From: Planctomycetota bacterium
Lineage (GTDB): Bacteria; Planctomycetota; UBA1135; GCA-002686595
Length of the DNA stretch: 64,000 bases
Reading direction: 5' to 3'
NCBI GenBank assembly: GCA_020638835.1
Contig: JACKHV010000009.1
Span: forward strand, 17,093 to 81,092
Part shown: one piece after another, positions 30,254 through 38,967 of the stretch
Layout of the letters: each line of letters begins with the position of its first letter
Numbering within the stretch: position 1 is the first letter of the stretch
Program-made: the position numbers and the translations under genes
Notes under the pieces: generated by a model
The model's database searches: none
Told to the model about the DNA's origin: nothing
Seen by the model: only the letters and a program-made list of their open reading frames with translations

Positions 30254-30289
30254 GGCAGCAGCCCCCGGTCCTCGCCGGGGGCTGCTGTC
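30254..30289. terminator. 15-bp GC-rich hairpin between convergent genes (I-shaped terminator candidate, no U-tract)
   Basis: GGCAGCAGCCCCCGG-TCCTCG-CCGGGGGCTGCTGTC pairs by hand with one G-U. It lies between the stop at 30232 (+) and the stop at 30349 (-). Confidence 0.45.
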
Positions 30290-30348
30290 GTCTGGCACGA
30301 ACTTGTCGCTGGGCCGCAACAACTCGTGCGGCACCGTACGGACGGAAC

Positions 30349-31905
30349 CTACATCCAGTCGACGGTCAGACCGTTGGTGAAGTTGGAGCCGGTGCCGCAG
30401 GGGCTGACGCCGCCGGGGTCGCGGAACCACTGCTGGTAGTAGCGCGTGTCGCCGGGAGAGACGTTGCCTTCCGTGACGATCGAGACCGTCGTGCTACCGG
30501 CGCCGGCCGCGTCGGTGAAGACGACCTCGACGCGCTCCGTCGGGTTGCCCATGCAGAACAGGCCGTCCTTGAACGGGATCGCCTGCAGCGTCGCACCCTG
30601 GACCAGCAGGCTCGGCTGGTTCTGGCGCGCTTGCGAGATGTGGAAGACGAGGTCGTCGTTGCCGACGAAGCGGCTTCCGGAAGTCGTCAGGATCGCGCCG
30701 ACGCCGACGCTGCTCTTGCAGCCCTCACCCGAGTCCAGGACCGACTCGTTCAGGCAGGGGCACGCACCCGAGCTGCCGTCACCGAAGCAGAAGGCCGTGG
30801 CGGCCTCCGGGATCGACTCCAAGGCGAGGCCGCGCGGACCACCGATGTCGGGGACGCCGGCAGCCGTGTCGTTGTAGAGCTCGAAGGTCTCCGTGAGCGG
30901 GTCGATGACGCCGTCGGTGTTCGTGTCCGTCATGAACAGCAGGCGGTCCGGATCCTGGGACTCCGACGCGTAGAGGTTCCCATTCGCGTCGACGATGACT
31001 TCCCACAGCAGGCTGGCTCCGGCGGAGTCCCAGTAGAGCGTGTCCTCGGTTCCGACGTCGATCACGCCGTTCATGTTCGAGTCCTTGGCGCGCCAGACCA
31101 GGTCGTTGCCCGTGTCAGCGATGTACCAGTTCCCGGCGGAGTCTTGCGCGAACGCCCACCAGAACGGGGTTTCCGCTTGAGGAGCGGGGAGGAAGTACGG
31201 CGTCGCCTCGCCGGGCTGGTCGATCATGCCGCTCGAGTCGAGGTCCTCGAGCACGTAGATCCCCTTCGCCAACGGGCTCGAACTCGCGCCGGATTCGAGG
31301 TAGTACATGCGCCCGTCGACACCTTGGATCACGTCAAAGGGAGCCGAGATCGAAGGGGTGGGGATGTTGTAGTACATGACCGCTTCCCCGGCGTCATCCG
31401 CGTCACCGTCCGCGTTCAGGTCCTGCAGGTAGAAGATCGTGTCGTCCGGTGTGGATCCGGCGCCCGCGTTGGCGACCCAGAGCTTCCCCGTGTCGTCGAA
31501 GTTGATTCCGTTCGGCGAGTTCCCCGCGATGCCGCTCACGTTCGTCAGCGGATCGCCGTTGAAGAAGAGCTTCGCCTCGCCCGCGTCGTGCGCGTCTCCG
31601 TCGCCGTTCAGGTCCTCGAACACGAAGATCGAGTCGCTGCCCGTGTCGGACATGTAGACCTTGCCGTCCGCGGCCACCGCGATGCTCACGTTGAGCTGAA
31701 TGTCGAGCACGCCGCCGATGATCTCGTCGTAGAACTCGGTGATCTCACCGGCGTCGTTGTAGTTGCCGTTCCCGTTGAGATCCTCGCAACGCCAGATCTT
31801 GTCGTTGTTCGTGTCCGTGACGTAGATCGGCGCGATGGTCTGCGCCGAGGCTTGCGATGCGGTGGCGGCGGCAAGGAGCGCCGCGATGCGGTAGTGAGCC
31901 TTCAT
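30349..31905 (-). CDS. Exported repeat protein (DLNGDGD-type loops) with Cys-rich C-terminal module, paralog A
   Basis: Signal [21 protein letters not shown]. Repeats [57 protein letters not shown]-terminal [16 protein letters not shown]...GCKSS...FKDGLFCMG...[31 protein letters not shown]. Confidence 0.65.
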   Translation of the reverse strand: MKAHYRIAALLAAATASQASAQTIAPIYVTDTNNDKIWRCEDLNGNGNYNDAGEITEFYDEIIGGVLDIQLNVSIAVAADGKVYMSDTGSDSIFVFEDLNGDGDAHDAGEAKLFFNGDPLTNVSGIAGNSPNGINFDDTGKLWVANAGAGSTPDDTIFYLQDLNADGDADDAGEAVMYYNIPTPSISAPFDVIQGVDGRMYYLESGASSSPLAKGIYVLEDLDSSGMIDQPGEATPYFLPAPQAETPFWWAFAQDSAGNWYIADTGNDLVWRAKDSNMNGVIDVGTEDTLYWDSAGASLLWEVIVDANGNLYASESQDPDRLLFMTDTNTDGVIDPLTETFELYNDTAAGVPDIGGPRGLALESIPEAATAFCFGDGSSGACPCLNESVLDSGEGCKSSVGVGAILTTSGSRFVGNDDLVFHISQARQNQPSLLVQGATLQAIPFKDGLFCMGNPTERVEVVFTDAAGAGSTTVSIVTEGNVSPGDTRYYQQWFRDPGGVSPCGTGSNFTNGLTVDWM

Positions 31906-32042
31906 GGGAGTTCTCTCGTCTGGAGTTGATGCGGGCCGCGCTCAAGGGGAGGGCGAGGTCCGATTCGAGGATAGCGATCCTTCGAAAGGGCGGGAGAGCG
32001 AGCTTTTCGGCCGATCGAGCCGCAATGTTACTGCGACTCAAT

Positions 32043-32073
32043 CTCACTACAAGAGAAGAACCAAGCCTTCTTC
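32043..32073 (-). terminator. AT-rich hairpin after paralog B (weak intrinsic terminator candidate)
   Basis: On the minus strand: GAAGAA-GGCTTGG-TTCTTC followed by TCTTGT. It sits 13 nt downstream of the stop at 32086 and is unusually AT-rich for this DNA. Confidence 0.35.
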
Positions 32074-32085
32074 ACGCCGGCGCTC

Positions 32086-33651
32086 TCACTCCCAGTCGAC
32101 CGCCCAGCCGTTCGAGAAGTTGCTCCCCGTCCCGCACGCCCCGCCCGGGTCTCGGTACCAGAACTGGTAGTAGCGCAGGTCCCCGGGCTGCACGGCACCG
32201 GCAGCGGCGATCGCGACGGTGCTCCGAGCCGTTCCGCCCGCGTCGGCCGCGACGGTCTCGAGACGCACCGTCGGCGAGGCGACGCACAGCAGACCGTCCC
32301 GGAACGGGAAGCCCGCGAGGCCCGCACCCTGCAGGAACACGCCGGCCTCCAGCGCCGGCAGGAAGCGCACGAGCAACAGGTAGTTGTCGGAGGCGACCTG
32401 CGTCTCTCCGAAGCCGGCGAGCTCCGCGCCCTCCCCCGTCGAATTTGCGCAGCCCGTACCCGCCTGCCCGAAGTTCGCGCACGGACACGCCGCACCCGGC
32501 CCCCCGTCGCAGACGACGCTGCCCGGCATCCAGAGGTCCCCGACGACGATCGCGCGCGGCGCGGCGATGTTCGCGGACGCCGCCACGTCGGAGTACAGCT
32601 CGAGCGCTTCGCCCGCGCCGATCACGCCGTTCCAGTCGGCGTCCTCGAGGCGCAGGATGCGGTCGGGGTTCGCCGACTCGGCCAAGTAGATGCCGCGCTC
32701 GTCGTCGAGGTCGATCCCCCACACCTGGCTCTGCGCGGGAGACCAGAACGGATCGGCCTCCCACTCGTGCACGATCACGCCGTCCCCGTTGCCGTCCTTC
32801 AATCGCCACAGGATGCGGTTGAGCAGGTCGGGGAACAGCCAGTTGCCCTGTTCGTCCTGCGCGAGCACGTAGTACGCGCCGGCGGACGGGTGGTCCGGCG
32901 GCAAGTAGAAGGGCGAGACCTCCAGCAAGGGATCGATGAAACCGTCCCCGTTCGCGTCGTCGAGCGCGTAGATGCCCGCCGGCTGGTAGCCGGAGTAGCC
33001 GTTCTCCACGTAGTAGAGCCGTCCGTCTTGCCCCCAGCGCAGCGCGCTGGGCGCGGAGTCGCCGAGCGCGCCGCTCGTCGGCGTGTAGTAGTAGATCGCC
33101 GACTCGCCCGCGTCCTGCGCGTCACCGTCGGCGTTCAGGTCCTCGATCCAGAAGATGCAGTCCGGCGAGCTGCCGGCCCCGCCGTCGGAGTTCGTCAACC
33201 AGAGCCGCCCTGCGGCATCGAGGTCCATCGCGAAGCTCGAGGTCAGCAACAGGCCCGCGGCGTTGGTGCCGCTCGACCCGTCGAAGAAGATCGTGTGCTC
33301 TCCGGGATCGTTCGCGTCGCCGTCGCCGTTCAGGTCCTCGAGGCGGATGACCTGGTCCTGCGTGCTGTCGTTCACGTACAGCACGCCGCCCGGCGTCAGA
33401 GCGAGCGCGCAGGGGTTGCCGAGCAACAAGCTGCCCGCCACGTCGTCGTAGTAGATCGTCGCCTCGCCGTCCGAGGACATGAGCCCGTCGCCGTCGAAGT
33501 CCACCAGCCGCCAGATCGCGTCGGTCGAGCTGTCGCAGACGTAGACCACGGGGCGCCTGACGAAGTCCCCTCCCGTGGCAGCGGGCGCGGACGGCGCAGC
33601 GAGCGCGGAGATCGCCGCGAACGGCACGAACAGCTTGAGCGGTGCGAGCAT
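32086..33651 (-). CDS. Exported repeat protein with the same Cys-rich C-terminal module, paralog B
   Basis: ATG 33651 gives the signal MLAPLKLFVPFAAISALAAPSAPA. Repeats [62 protein letters not shown]-terminal CDGGPGAACPCANFGQAGTGCANS...FRDGLLCVA...RYYQFWYRDPGGACGTGSNFSNGWAVDWE. Confidence 0.65.
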   Translation of the reverse strand: MLAPLKLFVPFAAISALAAPSAPAATGGDFVRRPVVYVCDSSTDAIWRLVDFDGDGLMSSDGEATIYYDDVAGSLLLGNPCALALTPGGVLYVNDSTQDQVIRLEDLNGDGDANDPGEHTIFFDGSSGTNAAGLLLTSSFAMDLDAAGRLWLTNSDGGAGSSPDCIFWIEDLNADGDAQDAGESAIYYYTPTSGALGDSAPSALRWGQDGRLYYVENGYSGYQPAGIYALDDANGDGFIDPLLEVSPFYLPPDHPSAGAYYVLAQDEQGNWLFPDLLNRILWRLKDGNGDGVIVHEWEADPFWSPAQSQVWGIDLDDERGIYLAESANPDRILRLEDADWNGVIGAGEALELYSDVAASANIAAPRAIVVGDLWMPGSVVCDGGPGAACPCANFGQAGTGCANSTGEGAELAGFGETQVASDNYLLLVRFLPALEAGVFLQGAGLAGFPFRDGLLCVASPTVRLETVAADAGGTARSTVAIAAAGAVQPGDLRYYQFWYRDPGGACGTGSNFSNGWAVDWE

Positions 33652-33758
33652 TTCGATCGCGCGGAGGCAACTCCCGCGCTTCCTTCCTACGATATCCGAC
33701 GACGCTCGACACCCCCAGGTTCGCTCCGTCCCCGGCCGCTGTCCCAACTCGGAACGCC

Positions 33759-34745
33759 ATGCTCCTGACGCACGCTCTCTTCGCGCTCACCGCCCTCTTC
33801 GCCGCCGGCGACCCGCCCACGGACGCTTCCGCGACCGCCGAGACCCCGCCCGTGACAGCGTCGACGCTGCTCGCGCACGTCGTCGTGGTCGGCGCGAGCG
33901 CCAGCGAGGGCTTCGGTCTGCAGTCCGAGCTGGAGGTCCCCGCGACCCTCTCGATGTTCCTGGACGCCGCCTGGGCGGAGGAGACCCCCGCGACGAAGAA
34001 CCTCTCCACGGCGCGCTTCTTCCTCGATCCGCTGAAGATCGGCGCGAGCCAGCGCGACGAAGCCAAGCAGTCGGACGTCAGCCTGCTCGTCGCGGTCGAC
34101 TACTTGTTCTGGTTCGGTTACGGCACGTCGCAGAGCGAGGACGCCCGCCTCGAGCGGCTCGAGCTCGGCCTCGCGATGCTGGACGAGATCGGCGGTCCGA
34201 TGCTCGTCGGCGACTTCCCCGACATGCGGCCCGCGCTGCAGGGCGAAGGCATGTTCGGCGGCCCGGTGATCATGGCGAGCCAGATCCCGCAGCCGGAGAC
34301 GATCGCGCGCCTCAACGCGCGCCTCGACGAGTGGTCGAAGGAGCGCCCGAACGTGATGCGCGTGCCGCTCGCCGAGTTCGTCACGAAGCTGCAGAAGAAA
34401 CAAGCGCTCGAGCTGCGCGGCGTGAAGTGGTCCGAGGAGGACTGCGGGCGCCTGCTGCAGAAGGACCTCTTGCACCCGACCGCCGAGGGAACCGCTGCGC
34501 TCGCGCTGCTGTGCCTGGACGCGCTCGAGCGTGCGCAGGACGCGATCCCCGCGGAACGCGTGAGTTGGAACGTCCAGAAGGTGCTCGACGGCGTGCGCGC
34601 CGCGACGGCCGAGGCGCGCGAAGCCGCGGCAGCGAAGCGCGCCGCGCGCGAGGAACGCCTGCGCGAGCTGGAGGAGAAGAAGCGCCGGAAGCAGGAAGAG
34701 AGCGAGCAGGAGCAGGACTCGGGCGCGGAGCGCGAAGCGGCGTGA
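33759..34745 (+). CDS. Exported SGNH/GDSL-like hydrolase (tentative)
   Basis: ATG 33759 with signal MLLTHALFALTALFAAG. Block-I-like VVVGASASEGFG and block-V-like DLLHPTAEG. C-terminal Lys/Glu/Arg-rich tail. Confidence 0.5.
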   Translation: MLLTHALFALTALFAAGDPPTDASATAETPPVTASTLLAHVVVVGASASEGFGLQSELEVPATLSMFLDAAWAEETPATKNLSTARFFLDPLKIGASQRDEAKQSDVSLLVAVDYLFWFGYGTSQSEDARLERLELGLAMLDEIGGPMLVGDFPDMRPALQGEGMFGGPVIMASQIPQPETIARLNARLDEWSKERPNVMRVPLAEFVTKLQKKQALELRGVKWSEEDCGRLLQKDLLHPTAEGTAALALLCLDALERAQDAIPAERVSWNVQKVLDGVRAATAEAREAAAAKRAAREERLRELEEKKRRKQEESEQEQDSGAEREAA

Positions 34746-35533
34746 GCGGCAGCTACGAGACGCTCGACTGGTACGACGTCCCGCGCTACTACGACCTCGT
34801 CTTCGACGAGGACACCGAGCGCGAGGCCGACTTCCTCGAGGCGATGGCCGAGCGCTTCGGACGGCCGCGAGGACGCCGCGCGCTCGAGCCGGCGTGCGGG
34901 TCCGGTCGCCTGGTCGGCGCGCTCGCGGCGCGCGACTGGAAGGTGCAGGGCTTCGACCTCTCGCGCCCGATGCTCGACCACGCTCGCGCGCGCCTCGCCC
35001 GCTCCGGACGCTCGGCGCGGCTCTTCGAAGCGCGCATGGAGGACTTCCGCGCGCGCGGAACGGTGGACCTCGCGCACTGCCTCGTCAGCACCTTCAAGTA
35101 CCTGCTCAGCGAAGCGCACGCGCGCGCGCACCTCGAGTGCGTCGCGCGGAGCCTCGCGCCGGGCGGCGTCTACGTGCTCGGCTTCCACCTGTCCGAGTAC
35201 GAAGTCGACAAGCGCACGCGCGAGCGCTGGGTCGTCCGCGACGGGAAGACGGAAGTCGTCTGCAACATCCAGAGCTGGCCGCCGGACGGCCGCACGCGCC
35301 TCGAACGCGTGCGCTCCCGCCTGCGCGTCACGGAAGGCGGCCGGGAACGCCGCACCGAAACCTACTGGAACTTCCGGACCTACGACGCGCGGCAGGTGCG
35401 CCGCCTGTTGCGCTCGGTGCCGGCCCTCGAGCACGTAGCGACCTACGACTTCACCTACGACCTCACCGCGCCGCGCGAGCTCGACGACGATCAGCTGGAC
35501 CTGGTGCTGGTTCTGCGCAAGCGCGGTAGTTGA
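34742..35533 (+). CDS. Class I SAM-dependent methyltransferase
   Basis: GTG 34742 overlaps the upstream TGA (GTGA). Motif I ALEPACGSGRLVGALA, followed by GFDLSRPMLDHAR and APGGVYVLGF. Confidence 0.75.
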   Translation: MSGSYETLDWYDVPRYYDLVFDEDTEREADFLEAMAERFGRPRGRRALEPACGSGRLVGALAARDWKVQGFDLSRPMLDHARARLARSGRSARLFEARMEDFRARGTVDLAHCLVSTFKYLLSEAHARAHLECVARSLAPGGVYVLGFHLSEYEVDKRTRERWVVRDGKTEVVCNIQSWPPDGRTRLERVRSRLRVTEGGRERRTETYWNFRTYDARQVRRLLRSVPALEHVATYDFTYDLTAPRELDDDQLDLVLVLRKRGS

Positions 35534-35594
35534 GCGGTCCCGTGCGGCCCGACGCCTTCCGCCCCTCCGCGCGGCGGACTATGCTCTCCTGCGA

Positions 35595-37490
35595 ATGAAC
35601 CGGGCCCGACGACACGGAGCCACGCTCCTCCTCCTCTGCGCGCTCGCCGCGAGCTCCTGCGACGACGCGCCGGACCTCGGGACGATGCGCGTCGAGACCG
35701 TGCACAAGTCGCTCGTCGCGGACGCCTCCGCTTGGCAGGTGCTCGAGGAGCGCCCCGACGCCCCGGTCGGCGTCGCCGTGCTGCAACCTTGGGAGCACCC
35801 CAAGCTCGACAGCATCGCCACGCCGAGCTTGGAACTCGTCCCGCCCGCGCGCGTGCGACTCGACGTCGGCCGCGTGCCGAAGGGCGGGCAGCTGCGCTTC
35901 CGCGTCGGCGTCCACCACACGGCCTACGAGACCGAGCAGACCGGCGCCGTACGCTTCAAGCTCACGGACGGCGAACAGCTGCTGTACGACTCGCTCGTTC
36001 CCATCGGCTCCGGCGTCGAGATGGCGGAACGCACCTGGCAGCGCGGCCAGGTCTCGCTCGACGGACACGTGCGGCTCGTGCTCGAGACGAGCTTCGAGGG
36101 CGAAGGCGACCCCGCGCCCTCGTCAGGCTTCGCGGCGCTCGAAGTCGTCAGCGAACGCCTCGAACCCCGCGGGCACGCGACGCGCGAACACCCCAGCGTC
36201 GTGCTGGTCGTGATGGACACGCTGCGCGCGGACCGCCTCTCGTGCTACGGCTACGCGCGAGAACTCACGCCGAACCTGGACGCGCTCGCCGCGGAAGGGA
36301 CCCTGTTCGAGGAGACGTACAGCGCGAGCTCGTGGACCTGGCCGTCCACGGCCTCGATCATGACCGCGTTGCCGCCGCCGGCGCACGGCCTGATCGACAC
36401 CAGCTCCTGCTTCCTCTCACACGAGCTGCTCACGGTCGCCGAGGCGTTCCAAGACGCCGGCTGGACCACCGCGGGCTTCTCGACGAATCCGCTCGTGCGC
36501 GAAGACATCGACTTCGACCAGGGCTTCGAGGAGTTCCACGTCTACGAACTCTCGCCGACGCGCGAGGTGTTCGAGGACGTCGAGCGCTGGATCGCGGCGC
36601 AGGGCGAGCGGCGCTTCTTCCTCTACCTGCAGTTCGTGGATCCGCACGAGTACCTGCCCAGCCCCGAGCTGCTCGAGCGCTGGGGAATCCCCGAGCCCGC
36701 GGACTTCGACGCCGCGCGCTGGCGCGGCTTCCAGTTCGCGCAGATGCGCGGCTTGGACTACGACGCCGAGAAGTTCGCGGAGTACACGCGCTACTACTCG
36801 TCGGTCTACGACGCGACGGTCGCGGAGGCGGACGAATTCGTCGGGGCGCTGCGCGCCTCGCTGGCCGCGCACGGGCACGCCGACCGCGCGGTGATCGCGT
36901 TCACGTCCGACCACGGCGAGGAGTTCCTCGAGCACGGTCAGATCATGCACACCGCGCAGCTGTACGACGAGTCGGTGCACGTCCCGCTGATCATCGCGGG
37001 TCCCGGTATTCCGCGCGGTGTGCACGTGCAGACGCGCGTCGAGAACCGCAACCTCGCGCCGACCTTGCTGGCGCGCGCCGGCGTCGAGGCGCGCGAGAAC
37101 CTCGTCGGACTCGACCTGCTCGACGAAGCCGACGTCCGCGAGTCCGCCGAGCTCCCCGTCTTCTCCTCGACCAACCACGGTCGCTGGTTCCGCGACGCGA
37201 AGGCACCGCCGCTCAAGCCCGTCGCCGTCCACGCAGTGCGGCACGCGGGGATGCTCTACCTCTGGATGCCCGATCCGCCGCACGGCGAGCAGGACGACCG
37301 CCTGTACGACCTTTCCGCAGACCCGGGCGCGCTGCACGACATCGCGGACGAACAACCCGAGACCTGCGAGCGCATGCGCGTCCTGATCGCCGACTGGCTC
37401 GAGCACGGCGAGAAACGGCGTCCCGGCAACATGAGCGGCGGCGCGTCCTCGCTCGACCTGCTGAAGAAGCTCGGCTACGTGGACGACTGA
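35595..37490 (+). CDS. Sulfatase-fold (alkaline phosphatase superfamily) lipoprotein with Thr at the nucleophile position
   Basis: Signal LLLLCALAASSCDD. VVLVVMDTLRADRLSCYGY is the metal-site start. SSWTWPSTASIMTA occupies the place of the C/S-x-P-x-R formylglycine motif. Later FTSDHGEEFLEHG. Confidence 0.7.
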   Translation: MNRARRHGATLLLLCALAASSCDDAPDLGTMRVETVHKSLVADASAWQVLEERPDAPVGVAVLQPWEHPKLDSIATPSLELVPPARVRLDVGRVPKGGQLRFRVGVHHTAYETEQTGAVRFKLTDGEQLLYDSLVPIGSGVEMAERTWQRGQVSLDGHVRLVLETSFEGEGDPAPSSGFAALEVVSERLEPRGHATREHPSVVLVVMDTLRADRLSCYGYARELTPNLDALAAEGTLFEETYSASSWTWPSTASIMTALPPPAHGLIDTSSCFLSHELLTVAEAFQDAGWTTAGFSTNPLVREDIDFDQGFEEFHVYELSPTREVFEDVERWIAAQGERRFFLYLQFVDPHEYLPSPELLERWGIPEPADFDAARWRGFQFAQMRGLDYDAEKFAEYTRYYSSVYDATVAEADEFVGALRASLAAHGHADRAVIAFTSDHGEEFLEHGQIMHTAQLYDESVHVPLIIAGPGIPRGVHVQTRVENRNLAPTLLARAGVEARENLVGLDLLDEADVRESAELPVFSSTNHGRWFRDAKAPPLKPVAVHAVRHAGMLYLWMPDPPHGEQDDRLYDLSADPGALHDIADEQPETCERMRVLIADWLEHGEKRRPGNMSGGASSLDLLKKLGYVDD

Positions 37491-37592
37491 GCCCTTCGCG
37501 GCCGAATCCGCGGATGGAGGATCGACGACCGGAGCGACCAGTGCCAAGATCCAGGTCCCCTCACCCGATGCCTCCGACGTCCCCGTACCCCC

Positions 37593-38960
37593 ATGGCCAA
37601 CTCGAACTTGAAGCAACTGCTCACCGGCGTCGTCCTGATCGGACTTGGTGCCGGCTCGACGTACTTCGCAATGCGCAACGAGGTGCGCATCCACCGCGGA
37701 GGCGGCGAGTCCGAACCCACGGACGCGCCGGACGACCAGGCCGCGGACGAGCGCGATCGCCCTGCCTTCAAGGAACTGCCGGGCCGCTGGCGACCGGCCG
37801 CGGAGCGCGGCGCCGCGGGTGAGGGCGAGGATCAACTGAACAGCCTGAACGACCTCGGCTACGCGGGCGGCTACGAGCCGAGCCCCGAGCAGTCGGGCGT
37901 CGTTTTCCACGCGCACGACCTCGCCGCCGAGGGCCTGAACCTCGCGCACGACGGCGCCGGTCCGCGGGCAACGTTGATGGACATGGACGGCAACGTGCTC
38001 CACGAGTGGAAGTACGAGCTGCGCCAGCTGTTCAGCGCGGAAGAGATCCGCGAGCTCGCGGAGATGATGGACTCCGTTCCCGACAAGTACGGCTACTTCC
38101 GGCGCGTGCACGCCTTTCCGAACGGCGACCTGCTGGCGATCTTCTCGGACGCCGCGCTGATCAAGCTCGACCGCGACTCCAACCTCTTGTGGGCCTGGCG
38201 GGGCGCACCCCACCACGACCTGTGGGTCGACCCCGACTCCGGGCGCATCTGGACGCTGACGCGCAAGGTCCGCAACATCCCGCGCTACTCGAAGGACCGC
38301 CTTTGTGCCGAGGACTTCGTCACCGTGCTCAGTCCCAACGGCGAGCTCGTCGAGGAATTCTCCATCCTGGAGGCATTCGAGAAGTCCGACTACAGCGCAC
38401 AGTCGATGATCGTTGCGCGAGGCGGCGACCTCCAACACACGAACTCCCTCGAGATCCTGGACGGCCGCCTCGCCGACCGCTCGCCCGCCTTCGCCGCCGG
38501 CAACGTGCTGGTCTCGTGCTGCAAGACGGACACCATCGCCGTCATCGACCCGAAGTCGCAGAAGGTCGTCTGGTCGCTCTCCGGCGCGTGGCACCGGCAA
38601 CACCAGCCCACCGTGCTCGACAACGGCCACATGCTGATCCTCGACAACCGGGGCTTCGGCGGGAACAGCAAGGTGCTCGAGTTCGACCCCTTCACCCAGG
38701 AAGTCTTCTGGGCCTACCGCCACTCCGAGAAGACGCCCTTCTCGACGCTGACGTGCGGGTCCAACCAGCGCCTCGAGAACGGCAACACTCTGATCACCGA
38801 GACGGACAGCGGCCGCGCGTTCGAGGTGAATCGCGACGGCCAGATCGTCTGGGAGTACCTGACGCCCAACCGCGCCGGCGCCGACGAACAACTGATCGCG
38901 ACGCTCTTCGAGGTGATCCGGCTGCCCTCGGACTACTTCGGCAGCTGGCTCGCGGAGTGA
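37593..38960 (+). CDS. Arylsulfotransferase (ASST)-like beta-propeller protein, N-terminal TM anchor
   Basis: TM LLTGVVLIGLGAGSTYFAM. HHDLWVDPDSGRIWTL, HTNSLEILDG, AVIDPKSQKVVWSL, HRQHQPTVLDNGHMLILDNRG and RLENGNTLITETDSGRAFEVNRDGQIVWEY resemble the ASST family. Confidence 0.6.
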   Translation: MANSNLKQLLTGVVLIGLGAGSTYFAMRNEVRIHRGGGESEPTDAPDDQAADERDRPAFKELPGRWRPAAERGAAGEGEDQLNSLNDLGYAGGYEPSPEQSGVVFHAHDLAAEGLNLAHDGAGPRATLMDMDGNVLHEWKYELRQLFSAEEIRELAEMMDSVPDKYGYFRRVHAFPNGDLLAIFSDAALIKLDRDSNLLWAWRGAPHHDLWVDPDSGRIWTLTRKVRNIPRYSKDRLCAEDFVTVLSPNGELVEEFSILEAFEKSDYSAQSMIVARGGDLQHTNSLEILDGRLADRSPAFAAGNVLVSCCKTDTIAVIDPKSQKVVWSLSGAWHRQHQPTVLDNGHMLILDNRGFGGNSKVLEFDPFTQEVFWAYRHSEKTPFSTLTCGSNQRLENGNTLITETDSGRAFEVNRDGQIVWEYLTPNRAGADEQLIATLFEVIRLPSDYFGSWLAE

Positions 38961-38967
38961 TCCGGGC

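Noticed and set aside
30292-30308. Sigma-54-like sequence CTGGCACGAACTTGTCG
   Set aside because: The -24 half (TGGCACG) is perfect, but the -12 element is TTGT/TGTC at wrong or ambiguous spacing. The site also points into the 3' end of a convergent gene with nothing to transcribe, so it is probably chance.
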